In this document: in pieces, positions 1 to 12,909 of the stretch
Layout of the letters: each line of letters starts with the position of its first letter
How positions within the stretch are numbered: the stretch's first letter is position 1
Source: Eledone cirrhosa
Lineage: Eukaryota
Direction: 5' to 3'
NCBI GenBank assembly: GCA_964016885.1
Contig: OZ024741.1
Span: 190,278,001-190,342,000, forward strand
DNA: 64,000 bases
The notes under the pieces: model-generated
The model's database searches: none
What the model saw: only the letters and a program-made list of their open reading frames with translations
Told to the model about the DNA's origin: nothing
Translations under genes and position numbers: made by a program

Positions 1-8
1 CCTCCTGT

Positions 9-149
<141 letters not shown>

Positions 150-502
150 CAAATAATATATTAGCAAATGGCCGAAACTCCCAAATTAGAATATTTACCT
201 ATTTATAATATGATGGTGAATATTTTTTCCACAACACAAGTTTAAAAAAAAGAAAATTTTGATACCACCTCTTGCCCCACCCTCTGGCACACACATTCTT
301 ACCCCTTCCCGTTCGGAGCGTGACCGAATTTTTACACTACACTTATCAAATGTTAGAATTTTTATATAATAGATAATTAAGTACCCATTCAGTCTGGCTT
401 ATATAAGAAATAATGGTGTGATATACTGACCTAGTTATACGATAATATAATATTAATGAGTTTCAGCTTGGATCTAGCAGCATTTCAACCCATGACTATT
501 TA

Positions 503-3199
503 TTGGGTTGTAACAAAAAGTTCGTAGCCTTTTTCTATTGGTTGTGTTTAATCACTCGATTTAGTTGATCATATAACATAAGCATATGACACATATTTTC
601 TGAAAGAGATATCAACGCATTTTTCTGTCTGAATATTGTGCAGATTATTTATCTCTACTGTTTTTCTAATAAAATTGAAAATGGGGGGAAATGAGATGCA
701 TTTTCGTCACTTGATGTGCACAAACAGTGTAAAAGGTATGTGCCGTTTATGGAGATGATGCTATAGCTGATAGTACTGTTCGCAAGTGGTTCGTTAGGTT
801 TAGAGCCGAGAATGTTGACTTCGAGGATCGTGTCCTTTCAGACAGGTCTATAGTCGTTGATAATGACCAAATCGAAACTTTAATAAAAAAAATAATCCAG
901 ATAACACGACGCGAATCATCGCAGAGATACTTCACATATCTGATATGAGCGTTACACGGTATTTAAAAACATTTGGATATGTGAATCGCTATGATGTTTG
1001 GGTGCCTTGTAATTTAACTCGGAAAAAATTAATAGAGCGTATTTCCATCTGTGAATCTTTGCTCAAACGGAATGATCACGGTGGTGAAAAATGGATTTTT
1101 TACGACAACGTAAAGCGTAAAAGAAGGTGGAAAAAACGAAATGAACGAAATGAACCACCTTCAACCATTTCAAAAGCCGGTCAGTATTCAAAGTAGGTAA
1201 TGCTCTGTATCTGGTGAAATTGAAAGGGTATCATATATTATGAACTCCTTCCACGAAATCAGACGTTAAATTCAGACTATTATTGCTCTCAATTAGACTG
1301 ATTAAAGAAAGTTGTATTGACCGTTTCACCCGATGGCCTGAAGCCATTCCTCTTAGTGGCATTACTGCTGAATCTGTAGCGCGAGCCCTGGTTTCAGGAT
1401 GGATATCGCGCTATGGGGTTCCTACCACTATTACTACAGATCGTGGTGGGAAGTTTGAATCCCAACTTTTCAGGGATCTATCGAATATCGGCGCTCAACG
1501 CATCAGGACTACTAGTTACCACCCTGCATCTAATGGAATGGTAGAGCTTTTTCATCGCCAGTTAAAGGCGGCATTGCGTGCCTATCCGGATACTCTACAT
1601 TGGAGCAACTGCCTCCCCATAGTACTACTAGGTATCTGCACTTCAATGAAAGAGGACCTTGGATTCTCTCCAGCCGAGCTTTTGTACGGCACTGCATTAT
1701 CTCTGCCAGGGCAGATGCTTGCCCCAGTTGACCTTGTTACTCAGGACCCTACACTATATGTGACCCGTTTGCGTGCGTATTTTCAAGTCCAGCCTCCTTT
1801 GAACACTAGGCAATAAGCCATTAAATCTTCGGTTCCGAGGGACATTGCCTCGTGGACCCATGTTTTTGTCAAAAATGACGCAGTGTGAAGTCCTCTCACT
1901 CCACCTTATTCTGGACCCTATCGCGTACTTGTACGTACAGATAAACATTTCACCATTGACTTTAATGAACATAAAGACACAGTCTCTATTGACAGACTAA
2001 AGCGGGCCTACACAGATGCTCTCACACCATAGCCTCATACTTTCCCTCCTACAATGTGTCAATACAAGCACCACCGCAAACACCACAATCACATACAAAC
2101 ACTCCTTTACCTTCAACATACATCACGACAACTCGCAGTGGTCGTCAGGTCCATTGGCCCAAGAAACTTTGTAAAACAATTTACATATGAACTATTCTTT
2201 TTTTTCTTTTTTCTTTTTTTTCTTCATTTTTGTATTTGCTTTGCATGACTTGTGTTACCTTTGCAGACAATTTCTCCTCATTTTTATCGCCTGCTTTCGA
2301 GTCTAAGCAGAGGGTGATGTAGTGGAACTACGTCGCACCTCGCAATAGCAACATTTTCATATGCAATAAGGTCAAACTGACCAATGGGAAGTTGCGTATG
2401 AATACATGGTCAATTTTACTCTCGTTCTCTGGTGAAAAACCTCAGACAGCATTCGAGAGACCAGACAGACCGAGCTGACCAGGAGATGATACGGACGCGT
2501 GAAGTATTATTGTAAAATAACTCCTACATTCCTTTCGACAAATAAAATTATATTTATAGAGGATTAAGCGTTAAAGAGCTATTTATTTATATCCTGGAAG
2601 TCAGAAGCATTTACTACCAATGAGAAGCTACCAACTCTTCCATTAAGGTATTTCAATTATATCGCTTATACATAAGATCCTTCGAAGCCTGATAAAATGC
2701 AATTGTAAAAGGATATAGATAAAATTTAACCCCTCATCTTATCTATAAGACTATTAAAGAACGTAATTGATGAAAAACACCCCAGAATTGGCAAACTGGA
2801 AGGGTGGTGTCATACATCAGGACAATGTTAGACCACATATTTCTTTGCAGATCCAACAGAAATTGGTACAGCTTGGCTGGGATGTCCTACTGCACACACC
2901 ATATTCACATGACCTTGCACATTCGGATTATCATTTATTCTGATCCCTATAACATTTTCTTAATGAGGAGAACTTCGATTCTTTAGAAGACGACAAAAAC
3001 CATCTAGATCAATTCATGTCCAAGAAAGATGTCAAGTTCTGGGTGGATGGGATCATGAAGTTTCTTCAAAGATAGTGAACGGTAGTGGAACAAAATAGAA
3101 AATATGTGATTGAATAATGATATGTACAACTATTTAAATATTCATAATGAATTTCACTTTAAAAAAAAAAAAACGCTATGAATTTTTATTACAACCCAA
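503..3199 (+). mobile_element. Mariner DNA transposon, degenerate, interrupted at ~1310-2752
   Basis: TIRs TTGGGTTGTAACAAAAAGTTCGTAGC (503) / GCTATGAATTTTTATTACAACCCAA (3199), TA on both sides. Transposase remnants include WVPCNLT, GEKWIFYDN, HQDNVRPH and a PYSxDLAxSDYHLF-like motif, with stops and frameshifts. Confidence 0.92.
1312..2528 (+). mobile_element. 5'-truncated Gypsy LTR retrotransposon: integrase core/GPY-F region, PPT and 3' LTR (2318-2528)
   Basis: [44 protein letters not shown]. Purine tract AGCAGAGGGTGA, then TGTAG...CTACA 211-bp LTR. Confidence 0.88.
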
Positions 3200-3539
3200 T
3201 ACATCTGCGAACGGTAAGCAGACGAATCGTTGTGTTAAAGCTTTCATAATTTTTCATTAAGTTACAATAATTCATTAAGTACTCATTAGAGAAGTAAATG
3301 TATATAAACTAGATATGATAGTGTGATATACTTTGTATCAAACTAATTATAGTATTTGTTCAATAATGAACTTTAAGAAATCTATAATCAAACTTTTGTA
3401 TAAATTGTACAACAAAGCACATTCCGATAATTGGCTAACATGGAAAAAAATTCACTTCTTCATCATAAAATTTATGTATGGGATTCGCAAATACGATCAT
3501 CTATCCGTGCAGAACTAAGGTCGACTTTTACACGAATAT

Positions 3540-3839
3540 ATGTGTAGCTTTGTGGTTAAGGTATTCGGCTCACAACCTTAAGGTCGTTTTCGATATCCGG
3601 CGGCGCGTTGTGTCCTTGAGCAAGAGACTTTATTTTCACGTTGCTCCCGTCCATTCAACTAGCAAAAATGAGTTGTACCTGTTATTCAAAGGATCAGCCT
3701 TGTCACGTTCGGTGTCACGCTGAATCTCCCTGAGAAACTACGTGTCTGTGGAATACTCAACTACTTGCACATTAATTTCACGAGCAGGCTGTTCCGTTGA
3801 TCGGATCAAATGGAACACTCTTCGTCGTAACCGACGGAG

Positions 3840-3846
<7 letters not shown>
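3540..3846 (+). mobile_element. tRNA-derived SINE (family with TGTCCTTGAGCAAGA..CTT..TTTCACGTTGCTCC core); related copies on the minus strand at ~38510-38652, ~50130-50265 and ~59415-59540
   Basis: A-box-like GTAGCTTTGTGGTTAAG head. The core is shared with the reverse-complement copies. Confidence 0.7.
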
Positions 3847-3889
<43 letters not shown>

Positions 3890-3890
<1 letters not shown>

Positions 3891-4330
3891 ATCATCATTT
3901 AACGTCTGTTTTTCTATCGTGTGGGTTAAACGGGTCATCATGAACCAAGTCAATACTTAATCAGGTTCACATCTCGCTTATGTAAGTTCCGGTTTTGGCG
4001 TGTTTTCTACAAATGGGTACCCTTCCTATCACCAACCACTTTACAGAACATTGGGCGCATTTTACCGTGGCACCAGCACGAGGCTGGTTGCCATGCATTT
4101 GACACAACTAAAGAGTCTTCGTAACCCTTTGCTTAGCATGTTTTCTCTGGCTAGGTGCCTATTTTTATCGGCACTCATTTACAGATTGTACTAGCAACAA
4201 CAATGGAGACGAGATCATCTCAGTGACACAATTGAAGAGTCCTCTCATCCCTTTTGGCATGATTTCTACAGCTGGATGCCCTTCCTAACACCAACCACTT
4301 TATAGTATATTGGGTGCATTTTATCATGGT
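3890..4330 (-). mobile_element. RTE-tail-type SINE/LINE 3' fragments (GTTAGGAAGGGCATCCAGCTGTAGAAA ... GTTAAACGATGATGATG); other copies at ~38300-38460, 49540-50110, 51715-51860, 59100-59260 and 59580-59635
   Basis: Recurrent motif with a (GAT)n tail in multiple dispersed copies. Confidence 0.65.
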
Positions 4331-4432
4331 ACCGACATTCGGAAGGTTGTCGGACATTAACTTGGGAAGGCGGAGACAAATATTTCATTGGTGTATGAAA
4401 GTATGGTGTATGAAATAAATATATATATATGA

Positions 4433-4493
<61 letters not shown>

Positions 4494-4721
4494 ACAGGGA
4501 GAAAGAGACGATTATGAGGAAGAAAAATTTTTTTTTTTCCTTTTTTGTTTCTCTCTCTTTTCTGGGTTAGAAAATGATTAAAACGAAATGTTTTACTTTG
4601 TGTGAAGTGTTAAGGTATTAGTTGATTTATTTATTATTTAACAATGGCATTTATTTATCTATTTATCTATTTAATTATTGTCTATTACCGGTTTCACCAT
4701 TTAAATGCATTATCACATTTT

Positions 4722-5090
<369 letters not shown>

Positions 5091-5096
5091 TATTGT

Positions 5097-5129
<33 letters not shown>

Positions 5130-5138
5130 GTATATATG

Positions 5139-5214
<76 letters not shown>

Positions 5215-5251
5215 ATGTATAACCCATGTATACTTTTGTATTTTGGGAGGA

Positions 5252-5297
<46 letters not shown>

Positions 5298-5334
5298 TCG
5301 TGTGTATGTGTGCAGTCTAATAGGTATGTATATA

Positions 5335-5654
5335 TCTAAACTATAATAAAGTAAGGAGCGCTGGACTGCGTACGGTTTATAATTTGTTATCCCATTAGTA
5401 AAATAAGTTGGATTACTTTGAATAAATAATGAATGAATATTACATAATTTATCTACTAAATTTCGTGGCTGTTGATTAAATATGTTTTGTTTATTTAAAG
5501 ATTCACTTCTTTAAAATTTCTGAAATGTCAACACTTCCGGTTGGCCATCGCTTAAATAAACATACTCATTTTCTGTCACTAATTTGCTCCTAATATCAAT
5601 ATACACACAACACATGCTAGCAGAAAACCATGCGAAGGGTGGTTTTTCTGCTAG
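5335..5654 (+). mobile_element. Non-autonomous Helitron (TCTAAACTATAATAAAG family); 5' fragments also at ~6860-7005
   Basis: A|TC start, terminal hairpin and CTAG|T end, no TSD. The interrupted host repeat is found uninterrupted at ~19205-19290. Confidence 0.85.
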
Positions 5655-5763
5655 TACATTTAATGGCATATGTCTAAAGGAAAAGCTGTTCATAAAAATG
5701 CATATCTATTAGATAGCATGTGTGTCCGTATGCACTCTGATGGGTAGTAAGTATGTATGTATG

Positions 5764-5862
<99 letters not shown>

Positions 5863-6677
5863 ATTTCAGCGAGATCGTATTTCGGCTGTGGTCAAAAACA
5901 AAGCCCAACGCAATTTTCGAGATATGCGGTGAGCACTCAATGGACTAAAAGAGGACCAGAGCAACTAACATACGTTATAGAGTATAGAGGCCATATAAAC
6001 TGAAAACGGCGGTCACGAAGCTATCAGCCACCGGATAAAAAAAAAAACGAAGCAAGCTAAACAGATTAAACAAAAGAATTTACCTGGACCTCCTGAAAAT
6101 TGATGGTATAATCCAGTAGGAGGTTTCTGTGACATCTAAATCAATTATACTGCCTGCTTTTATTGTAAGCTTTAGATATAACGATCAAACAAGGCTGCCA
6201 TTTCGTCAACAGGTATTTTGTTCTCAGCCGGCGAGCGGGTTCCAATGCATTAGTAGTGCTTGGGGTGATTACCCCATGTGTTTACCCTGCAAGGGAGGTA
6301 ACCCTGGTTTTGGAGGATGGATTCTGAATATGTAAAATTATTGCAAGAGGAACTGACTCATACATATTTCGACCAGCTTTGATGGTCTTTATTCTCTCAC
6401 GTTCACGATTTCACAGAACTTATATTCATCGATTTCAGGGACTTGACTCCTTCTTCCTCACTTTTCGTTGCATTACCATCTTTGATTGTTTACAGTCTCG
6501 CTCGTTCCCCTTATTTACGTATCCCAACGACTTTCTTTAGCCGTTGCTCGCACCAACCGGAGGTATATGGTCTTTAAAGCGATGAAATACCAATGAAGGT
6601 TGGCAGATCACTGATGAAGGACTAAATTTATTCATATATAACCCATTTGCAACCACGCAGCATACCATGTTTTCATA

Positions 6678-6750
<73 letters not shown>

Positions 6751-6770
6751 TTGATTGAAATATATATATA

Positions 6771-6855
6771 CAGTTGTCCCCCTGTATTCATCGGGGCTAC
6801 GTTCCTAGAACACCCGCGAAGAGTGAAAGACAGCAAATATTGGACGTGGTCCATA
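6771..6855 (+). mobile_element. pogo/Tigger-like MITE left end
   Basis: TA|CAGTTGTCCCCCTGTATTC..CGGGG.TACGTTCC...CCCGCGAA resembles Tigger-type termini. Confidence 0.5.
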
Positions 6856-7034
6856 ACAATCTAAACTATAATAAAGGAAGTCTAAACTATAATAAATTAA
6901 GGAGTGCGGGACTGCGTACAGTTTATTTATTTTAATCCAGTTTGTAAAATAAGTTGGATTACTTTGAATAAATATGAATGAATATTACATAATTTATGTG
7001 CTAAATTGAATTTAATATAAATATTAATATAAAT

Positions 7035-7283
7035 AATTGTTTCTACTTTTGGCACAAGGCCAGCAATTATCCCAGTGCATTACTGGTACTTTATTAATAT
7101 AAATAGTTGTTTCTACTTTAGGCACAAGGCCAGCAATTACCCAGTGCATTACTGGTACTTTATTTTATCGACCCCGTAAGGATGAAAGGCAAAGTCAACC
7201 TCGGCGAGATTTGAACTCAGATCGTAAAGGGACGTAACTATGCGTCAAAGCATGGCGTCCGACACTCTACCGATACTGCCAAT
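7035..7283 (-). mobile_element. tRNA-derived SINE with conserved GCCTTTCATCCTTACGGGGTCGATAAAATAAAGTACCAG domain (MetaSINE-like); copies at ~23060-23165, 23285-23460, 23490-23745, 33975-34185, 36955-37135, 37210-37395, 51468-51655 and 52692-52882
   Basis: A-box TGGCAGTATCGG, B-box GAGTTCAAATCC, shared core and tail in at least 9 copies. Superfamily name is from memory, not verified. Confidence 0.85.
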
Positions 7284-7299
7284 CATTTAATATAATTGT

Positions 7300-10200
7300 T
7301 ATTAAATAGGTTTATTTACAATAGTTTATAACTTTGCCTATTAATCCATATGGTGAGCAAATGGGGTCCCACATGCTGGCCTCCCCCCAGCCCCGGCGAA
7401 CAGAGTGGAGAAGGCGTTTCTCCGGAGGAATGTAAGGGAGATGCGCTGGAAGAGCCATTTCAACTCGCGAGGCTCACACCTGTGGCTGGCCAGCTCAGCG
7501 CCTATAGTGGTGAATAGGGAGGTAGCCCTAGGGCCAAGGACACCAGAAGTCTCCACTGCCAAGGGCACGACGGCGAACCTGCCGGAGAGCGACCGGTACT
7601 TGGAGAGTTTGGCCTCCTCGGCCCGACGTGCAACAGTACCTGGGTTAGCCACAGACTGCACCAGGTTGCAGCTGGAGAAAGTGTCGCTGCAAGTGGCATC
7701 CCAGACGAAGGGTTTGCCACCGCGGAACGGGAAGAGGGTCATACCGTCTGGCCTTTTGCCACCCCCACCCCCTCGGTCCAGCCCCACCGTCTCGCAGCGT
7801 CCAAGCCAGGCTTAATGACCACGTTGATGGCAGCATGGCGTGGAAGGCGGCCGGCACTGTGGTGACAGGAAAGCAGGTGGAGTCCTAAAGAGTCCACGGT
7901 GGATCCACAGCGACATTTATGTGGTTCGCAGATCCGGAGTCCAAGCCTCAAGGAAACGCCGATGCGCAGGCTATCGTTAGGGGAGAAGGAGGGCAAGGCA
8001 TGGAGCCAGGCACCACTGTGGGGTTTTATCCGCTCGAAAACAGGCAAGGCGGTACTGGTCGAGCTGGCGCGTGAGCCTGTCTGAGGCCAGGCTGCACTGG
8101 ATGGCATCCCATATGCTTTGGGGGGACTTGACATCAGCAGGGGGAGAAAGAGGAGGGACGTCTACCGGGCTAAGTCCCAGCCTGTCCCACGTCTCACAGG
8201 CGACCTCACGTTCCCTGAACACAGAGGGTTCTATTGTTTTTTGAGAACCCTGCTGACGAGGACGCGGCATGAGGTTACCGATGAAAGAAACGCCAGCAAA
8301 GCCAGCGAGATCGGTGACCGGCATATCTGACAGGTAAAGTGGCCTGTTGCCATCCAATGTCGTCAAACCTGACGTTGTATATCTTCTCAGCTGCCGCTCG
8401 CATACAAGTACCGAGGTCAGCGAAGAGAGATGCGTGGCTGTAGCACGGAGCGCTGCGAAGGGTGTAGAGGAGCTTCGGCATGGCGAAGCAGTTCAACAGC
8501 TGGGTGGCCCAGTCGGCTCGCGAGGGTCTGGAGTTGTTGGAGCATAGACCTGATGGAAGAGCGGATGACCGGTAAGTGGATCTGTGACCCGAGGATGAGG
8601 ACATCCTCTTTGGGGGTCACCTGTACCTGGTGGAGAATGGACCACACGTCCAATACGGAGGCTGCAAAGCTCTCATCATCATAGCTGATATTCACCACCT
8701 CCGAATTGGATGAGTTGAACTGGAGGCCGATTCCCGCCAGGACAAGAACCACCGATTGAAGGTCATGGCAGACAGTCTCCACTGGCCCGCCCAGCGTAGC
8801 ATCATCCAGATACCAAACGTTGAGAGGGGCCGTGATACTCCGGGCAATGTGGTCTATACCAAGGGCAAACAGGAGGGGGCCCATAGGGTCGCCCTGTTGG
8901 ACCCCAGTTGCCGAAGGTATGACTGTGTCAGCAGCAAGGAGCATGTTCGGGGCTCCATATAACAAGTAGGCCAGCGGGTTGGCGGAGGGGGCTCGGCTGA
9001 GACAGGCATTGAGCAGATGGACCCGGTGTATGCAGTTAAAGGCATTCCTCATGTCAAGCTTGACAATGAGGTGCCTGGAGTCCCTGGATGCCGGTTCCGG
9101 TAGGCAGCTATTGAAGAACTGCCTGGTTGCATGTGCAGCCCCCTCACAGCCACCGGACTCGCCGACACCCAGTTGCACCGGACTGAACTCCTCACCCAGT
9201 TCAGGTGTTATGGACTTGCAGACCACCTTAGCAGCCAGCCTCCGGAAGACATTGCCCACAGCGATGGGGCGTATCCCACCCTCATTCTTCCTGAGAGCGG
9301 TCAGGATAACCTAAAAAAAGAGGCCTCGATGGTGAGGATCCAGGGCGCCATGGATAAGCCTATTCGTGAGTGCCACAATTGCACTCAGAAGGCGGCGCCC
9401 GGCCTCAGCGGAGAGAGGGATAGCAACTCCTGGAGGTGGCCTGGTCGGAGGCCATCAGCACCTCCGCTGCTGTTAGATTGGAAGGACTTGATAGCAAAGA
9501 TGATGTCTGCGTCGGAAGCCACAAGGAGCAGGTGGGGATCGGGTGTGGGTATTGGTCGGAGGTCAGCGGGTGGCTCAGGGTGCTTGAGTCGCAGGGCAGC
9601 CAGGACCTCCTCTGAGGCAACTACTCTGACTGCGGCCTTGACATCACCCATGATAAATTTAGCGTTTACGCGGTCACGCAAACGCTTGGCGCTGGCCTCA
9701 TGGGTGGAGGATTGGAGGCACCCAAGGGCGGGGGTTGTGGGGCGTCCTTTGGCACGCTTGGAATGAGCGCTTGCCCAAAGGACGAAACATTGGCCTTAAC
9801 AAAGGCTGCTGTCGACAGGCCGCCTCGGTCAGCGCCAGAGCTGGTGGGCCCAGGGTGAGTGGAGTGAAATAGAAGAGGCGCGCCCAGTCGCTGGCTCGAT
9901 TGGAGTCCAGAACACTCTCGATCGAGGAAGCGAGGGCATCAGCTACCGGCACCCGGGCCGCTCTCCGGATCCTGAGCGGAATCTTCCGGAGCCGCCTGAG
10001 CCGAGCGATGTTGACCAGCGAGGCTTGGACATCAGGCAAGTTCGTTGTTGCATCTGGTGGAGTGCCAGACGGCCGTGGCTGGGCAGACGAAGGGAAGAGA
10101 CAGTTTCTGCATCTCCACGCTGTGAGAGAACTGGAAGTTCGACGCGTCAAGCCAACACAGGTGAGGTGGTGGAAGCAGCCGCACCCCGAACAGTTTCGGC

Positions 10201-10480
10201 CCCTCTTCCGTCTGTTCGTGGTGCTTCAAGTGCTACAGATGTCGACTGGTAGGGATGGAGGATGGGGCGTGTAGCCGGGGACTGGGGCACCAAGCGGCAT
10301 CAGGGGTGAGTGGCTTGTTGTCACCAGCCTAGGTGCTAGGCACAACTGCACGTGGGTGGAAGGGAAAGTATTGGTATGAGTGAGGCCCCATAGCTCACCT
10401 ACATCAGATATGGAGGCGACAGACGACAAGATAAAAGAGAAGGGGCGGGGTTTTGCATGGAGGGGGACACACACGAAAGT
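7300..10480 (-). mobile_element. CRE-like non-LTR retrotransposon (PHD finger - RT - CCHC zinc finger - restriction-like endonuclease), frameshifted and with stops
   Basis: [98 protein letters not shown] just downstream of the stop. Confidence 0.92.
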
Positions 10481-11565
10481 AGAAAGTTAGCAAATAAATA
10501 AATGAATGAATGGATGAATGTACAAAAAGAAAACAGGGAGTTGTTCCCAGCGGAATGACCCAAAGGTTGTTATTGTCACTGATGCTGGAGTTGGCTTCCT
10601 CTTGTTAATGGTGGTGGTAGTGATTGCTGGTAAGATGTTGGTGTATACACATATATGTTGTTGTTATTGTCACTGCCGCTGTCATATCCTTGCTCTTGTT
10701 AATGGTAGTGGTAGTTGATATCGATACCTATTTCGACTGCCAGTCTGGTTGCTTGGGATCGAATGCCTTCTTTCACCCAAGATGCGGGGTCTTTGTTATT
10801 GTCACTGTTGCTGTCGTTGCCTTCCTCTTGGTAATGGTAGTGATAATTGTTGGTTCTATCTATTTCGGCTGTCAAGGTGGCTGCTGAATCAGCTTCTGTT
10901 TACATTTTTACAAACATCTTAACGATATTCTCAATGGACGCCATTACAATATTTGAATATAACTGAACCATCGTATCATTTAATTTGAAAAGTGGAGTCA
11001 AGTAAAAGGAGAATAAGGTGAAGTTTAAGTGTTAATCCCTTGTTTTTTTTAATTGTATTTTTTAAAACGGATTTACTACCCTCTTGTTTGTGTTGTTTGT
11101 ATTTGCAATATTGGTTTAGGATGTCTTTTATTCCATTTGTAATCAGAAATATACAAATCAAAGGAAAAATATAAAACACATTTCAAATCTAAGAAGAGTT
11201 TTCCATGATTATTAAGAAAAACATTTTATTTTTAAAAAAAATTTTAAAAAAAGTTAAACAAACACTTAAGTTTAAGATGTATTGGACATTTTCCCTTCAG
11301 ATTTATGGAAGTTACCGGAACAGTTACATTAATCGGGGGATGAACCACCTGGAAAATAACAAAACAAGATGTTTACTATATTGAGAGAAAGAAAGAGTAA
11401 CATTATAATGCAGGAGAGAGAGGGAGAGAGAAAGAATGCAATAATGTAAGAGAGGGGGGGAGAGGAAAAGAGTGGGTGGAATAGAGAGGGGGAGGAGTGG
11501 AAGAGAGAGGAGGGACAGTATGATGGAGAGAAAGAGAAGGAAAAATTATAAGTTTAATAAAAACA

Positions 11566-11609
<44 letters not shown>

Positions 11610-11638
11610 GTGTGTGTGTGTGTATATACACACACACG

Positions 11639-11707
<69 letters not shown>

Positions 11708-11725
11708 GTGTGTGTGTGTGTATAT

Positions 11726-11774
<49 letters not shown>

Positions 11775-11777
<3 letters not shown>

Positions 11778-11874
11778 GGTGTCTCCAAAAATGTATATAC
11801 ACTTTGATTACTTGTACAGGTAATATTTATTAGAATGTTGCTGAAGCGTGTATATATTTTTAGGGGACACCATG
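11775..11874. mobile_element. ~100-bp Tc1/mariner-type MITE within a (TA)n tract
   Basis: TA|CAGGGTGTCTCCAAAAATGTATATACAC ... GTGTATATATTTTTAGGGGACACCATG imperfect TIRs. Confidence 0.75.
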
Positions 11875-11903
11875 TGTATATATATATATATGAATGCATA
11901 TAT

Positions 11904-11986
<83 letters not shown>

Positions 11987-11997
11987 TGCATATATAT

Positions 11998-12041
<44 letters not shown>

Positions 12042-12047
12042 CCTTAC

Positions 12048-12240
12048 GTCTGCTTAATAGACCAAGAATTTGGTTGCGAAACCTTCCACCAACGAGTTTT
12101 CTGATACCACCCTTCGTGGTTGTTCCACGGTGTTGGGTACGCACTGGAGGAGATTTCAATAAAGATGGCCGATTCGATGCATGTCCATTATAACTTCGTC
12201 TACTCTCTCGGTGCGGCCTAACACCAGAGTTAGAGTCAAG
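12048..12240 (-). CDS. Candidate host coding exon (193 nt, [39 protein letters not shown]...GLLSR), product unknown
   Basis: Non-repetitive, GC-balanced sequence. Acceptor tatttctatttattgattAG, donor GTAAGG, one open frame throughout. Confidence 0.4.
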
Positions 12241-12431
12241 CTAATCAATAAATAGAAATACCACAATGAACGACAAGTTATCAACTGTTGACCACAAATA
12301 AGTCATACGTTATTGATTTCTACAATAATCATCGATTAATTACAAAACTAGACATACCGTTACTCACTGTATCTTTGACAGTAAAGGACAAACAATTTAA
12401 TGAAACGTTCTACTGTTCCTTTGAACATATC

Positions 12432-12645
12432 TTAACGTTTTAGCATTTAAACCAGTTGTACCCGGCCAGAATTCTCTCCTCTTTCTGTTCAAACTGGCCG
12501 TAACCGGCTGCTCCTATTTATGTTAAGGCATTGTTTTCAAAATAAATAATATCAAAATCTGGTAGATTGGATATTGTGTGAGGTAAAGCTTTTACCATGA
12601 AAATACAATAGTAAATATAGAGTAATGTAAATGGTAAAGAGTTAA
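12432..12645 (+). mobile_element. TTAA-flanked (piggyBac-like) MITE; copies at 34510-34722 (-), ~49020-49197 (-) and a split copy at 60533-60717/62998-63028
   Basis: TTAA CCCTTTAGCATTT ... AAATGCTAAAGGG TTAA consensus termini with a shared internal sequence. Confidence 0.8.
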
Positions 12646-12909
12646 AGTGATTTGCTTTCCAGTGTGTCCTGTAATTACTCCAATAACTAATGAAATATTT
12701 AACGAAGATGACTCACAGCATAGTAACTCCTGCTTTTGCTGTTTACATCGCGTAAATCCTTCCAATCTGAATACTTATCTGAGGAGAAAGATTCAATAAA
12801 CAGACAATTAATTAAATAAAACAGAAAAACCGTTGGTGGGAAGAAAGACATTGGCGTTAACCAACATCTAACAATAGATAACTTTAGGTAATTCTAATGA
12901 TTCTGTCAA

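Noticed and set aside
6355-6410. Minus-strand GACC-loop-GGTC-GAAATATGTA hammerhead-like stem II/III, and CTGATGAAGG at 6611
   Set aside because: The first has no CTGANGA core or stem I. The second has no closing stem II or GAAA.
7405-10274. Plus-strand ORFs of up to 211 aa
   Set aside because: Antisense shadows of the GC-rich CRE-like ORF. The same applies to minus-strand ORFs over the Gypsy at 39-43 kb.
10500-11220. Possible LINE ORF1 relic or exon
   Set aside because: Low complexity, stops in all frames, no motif I can support
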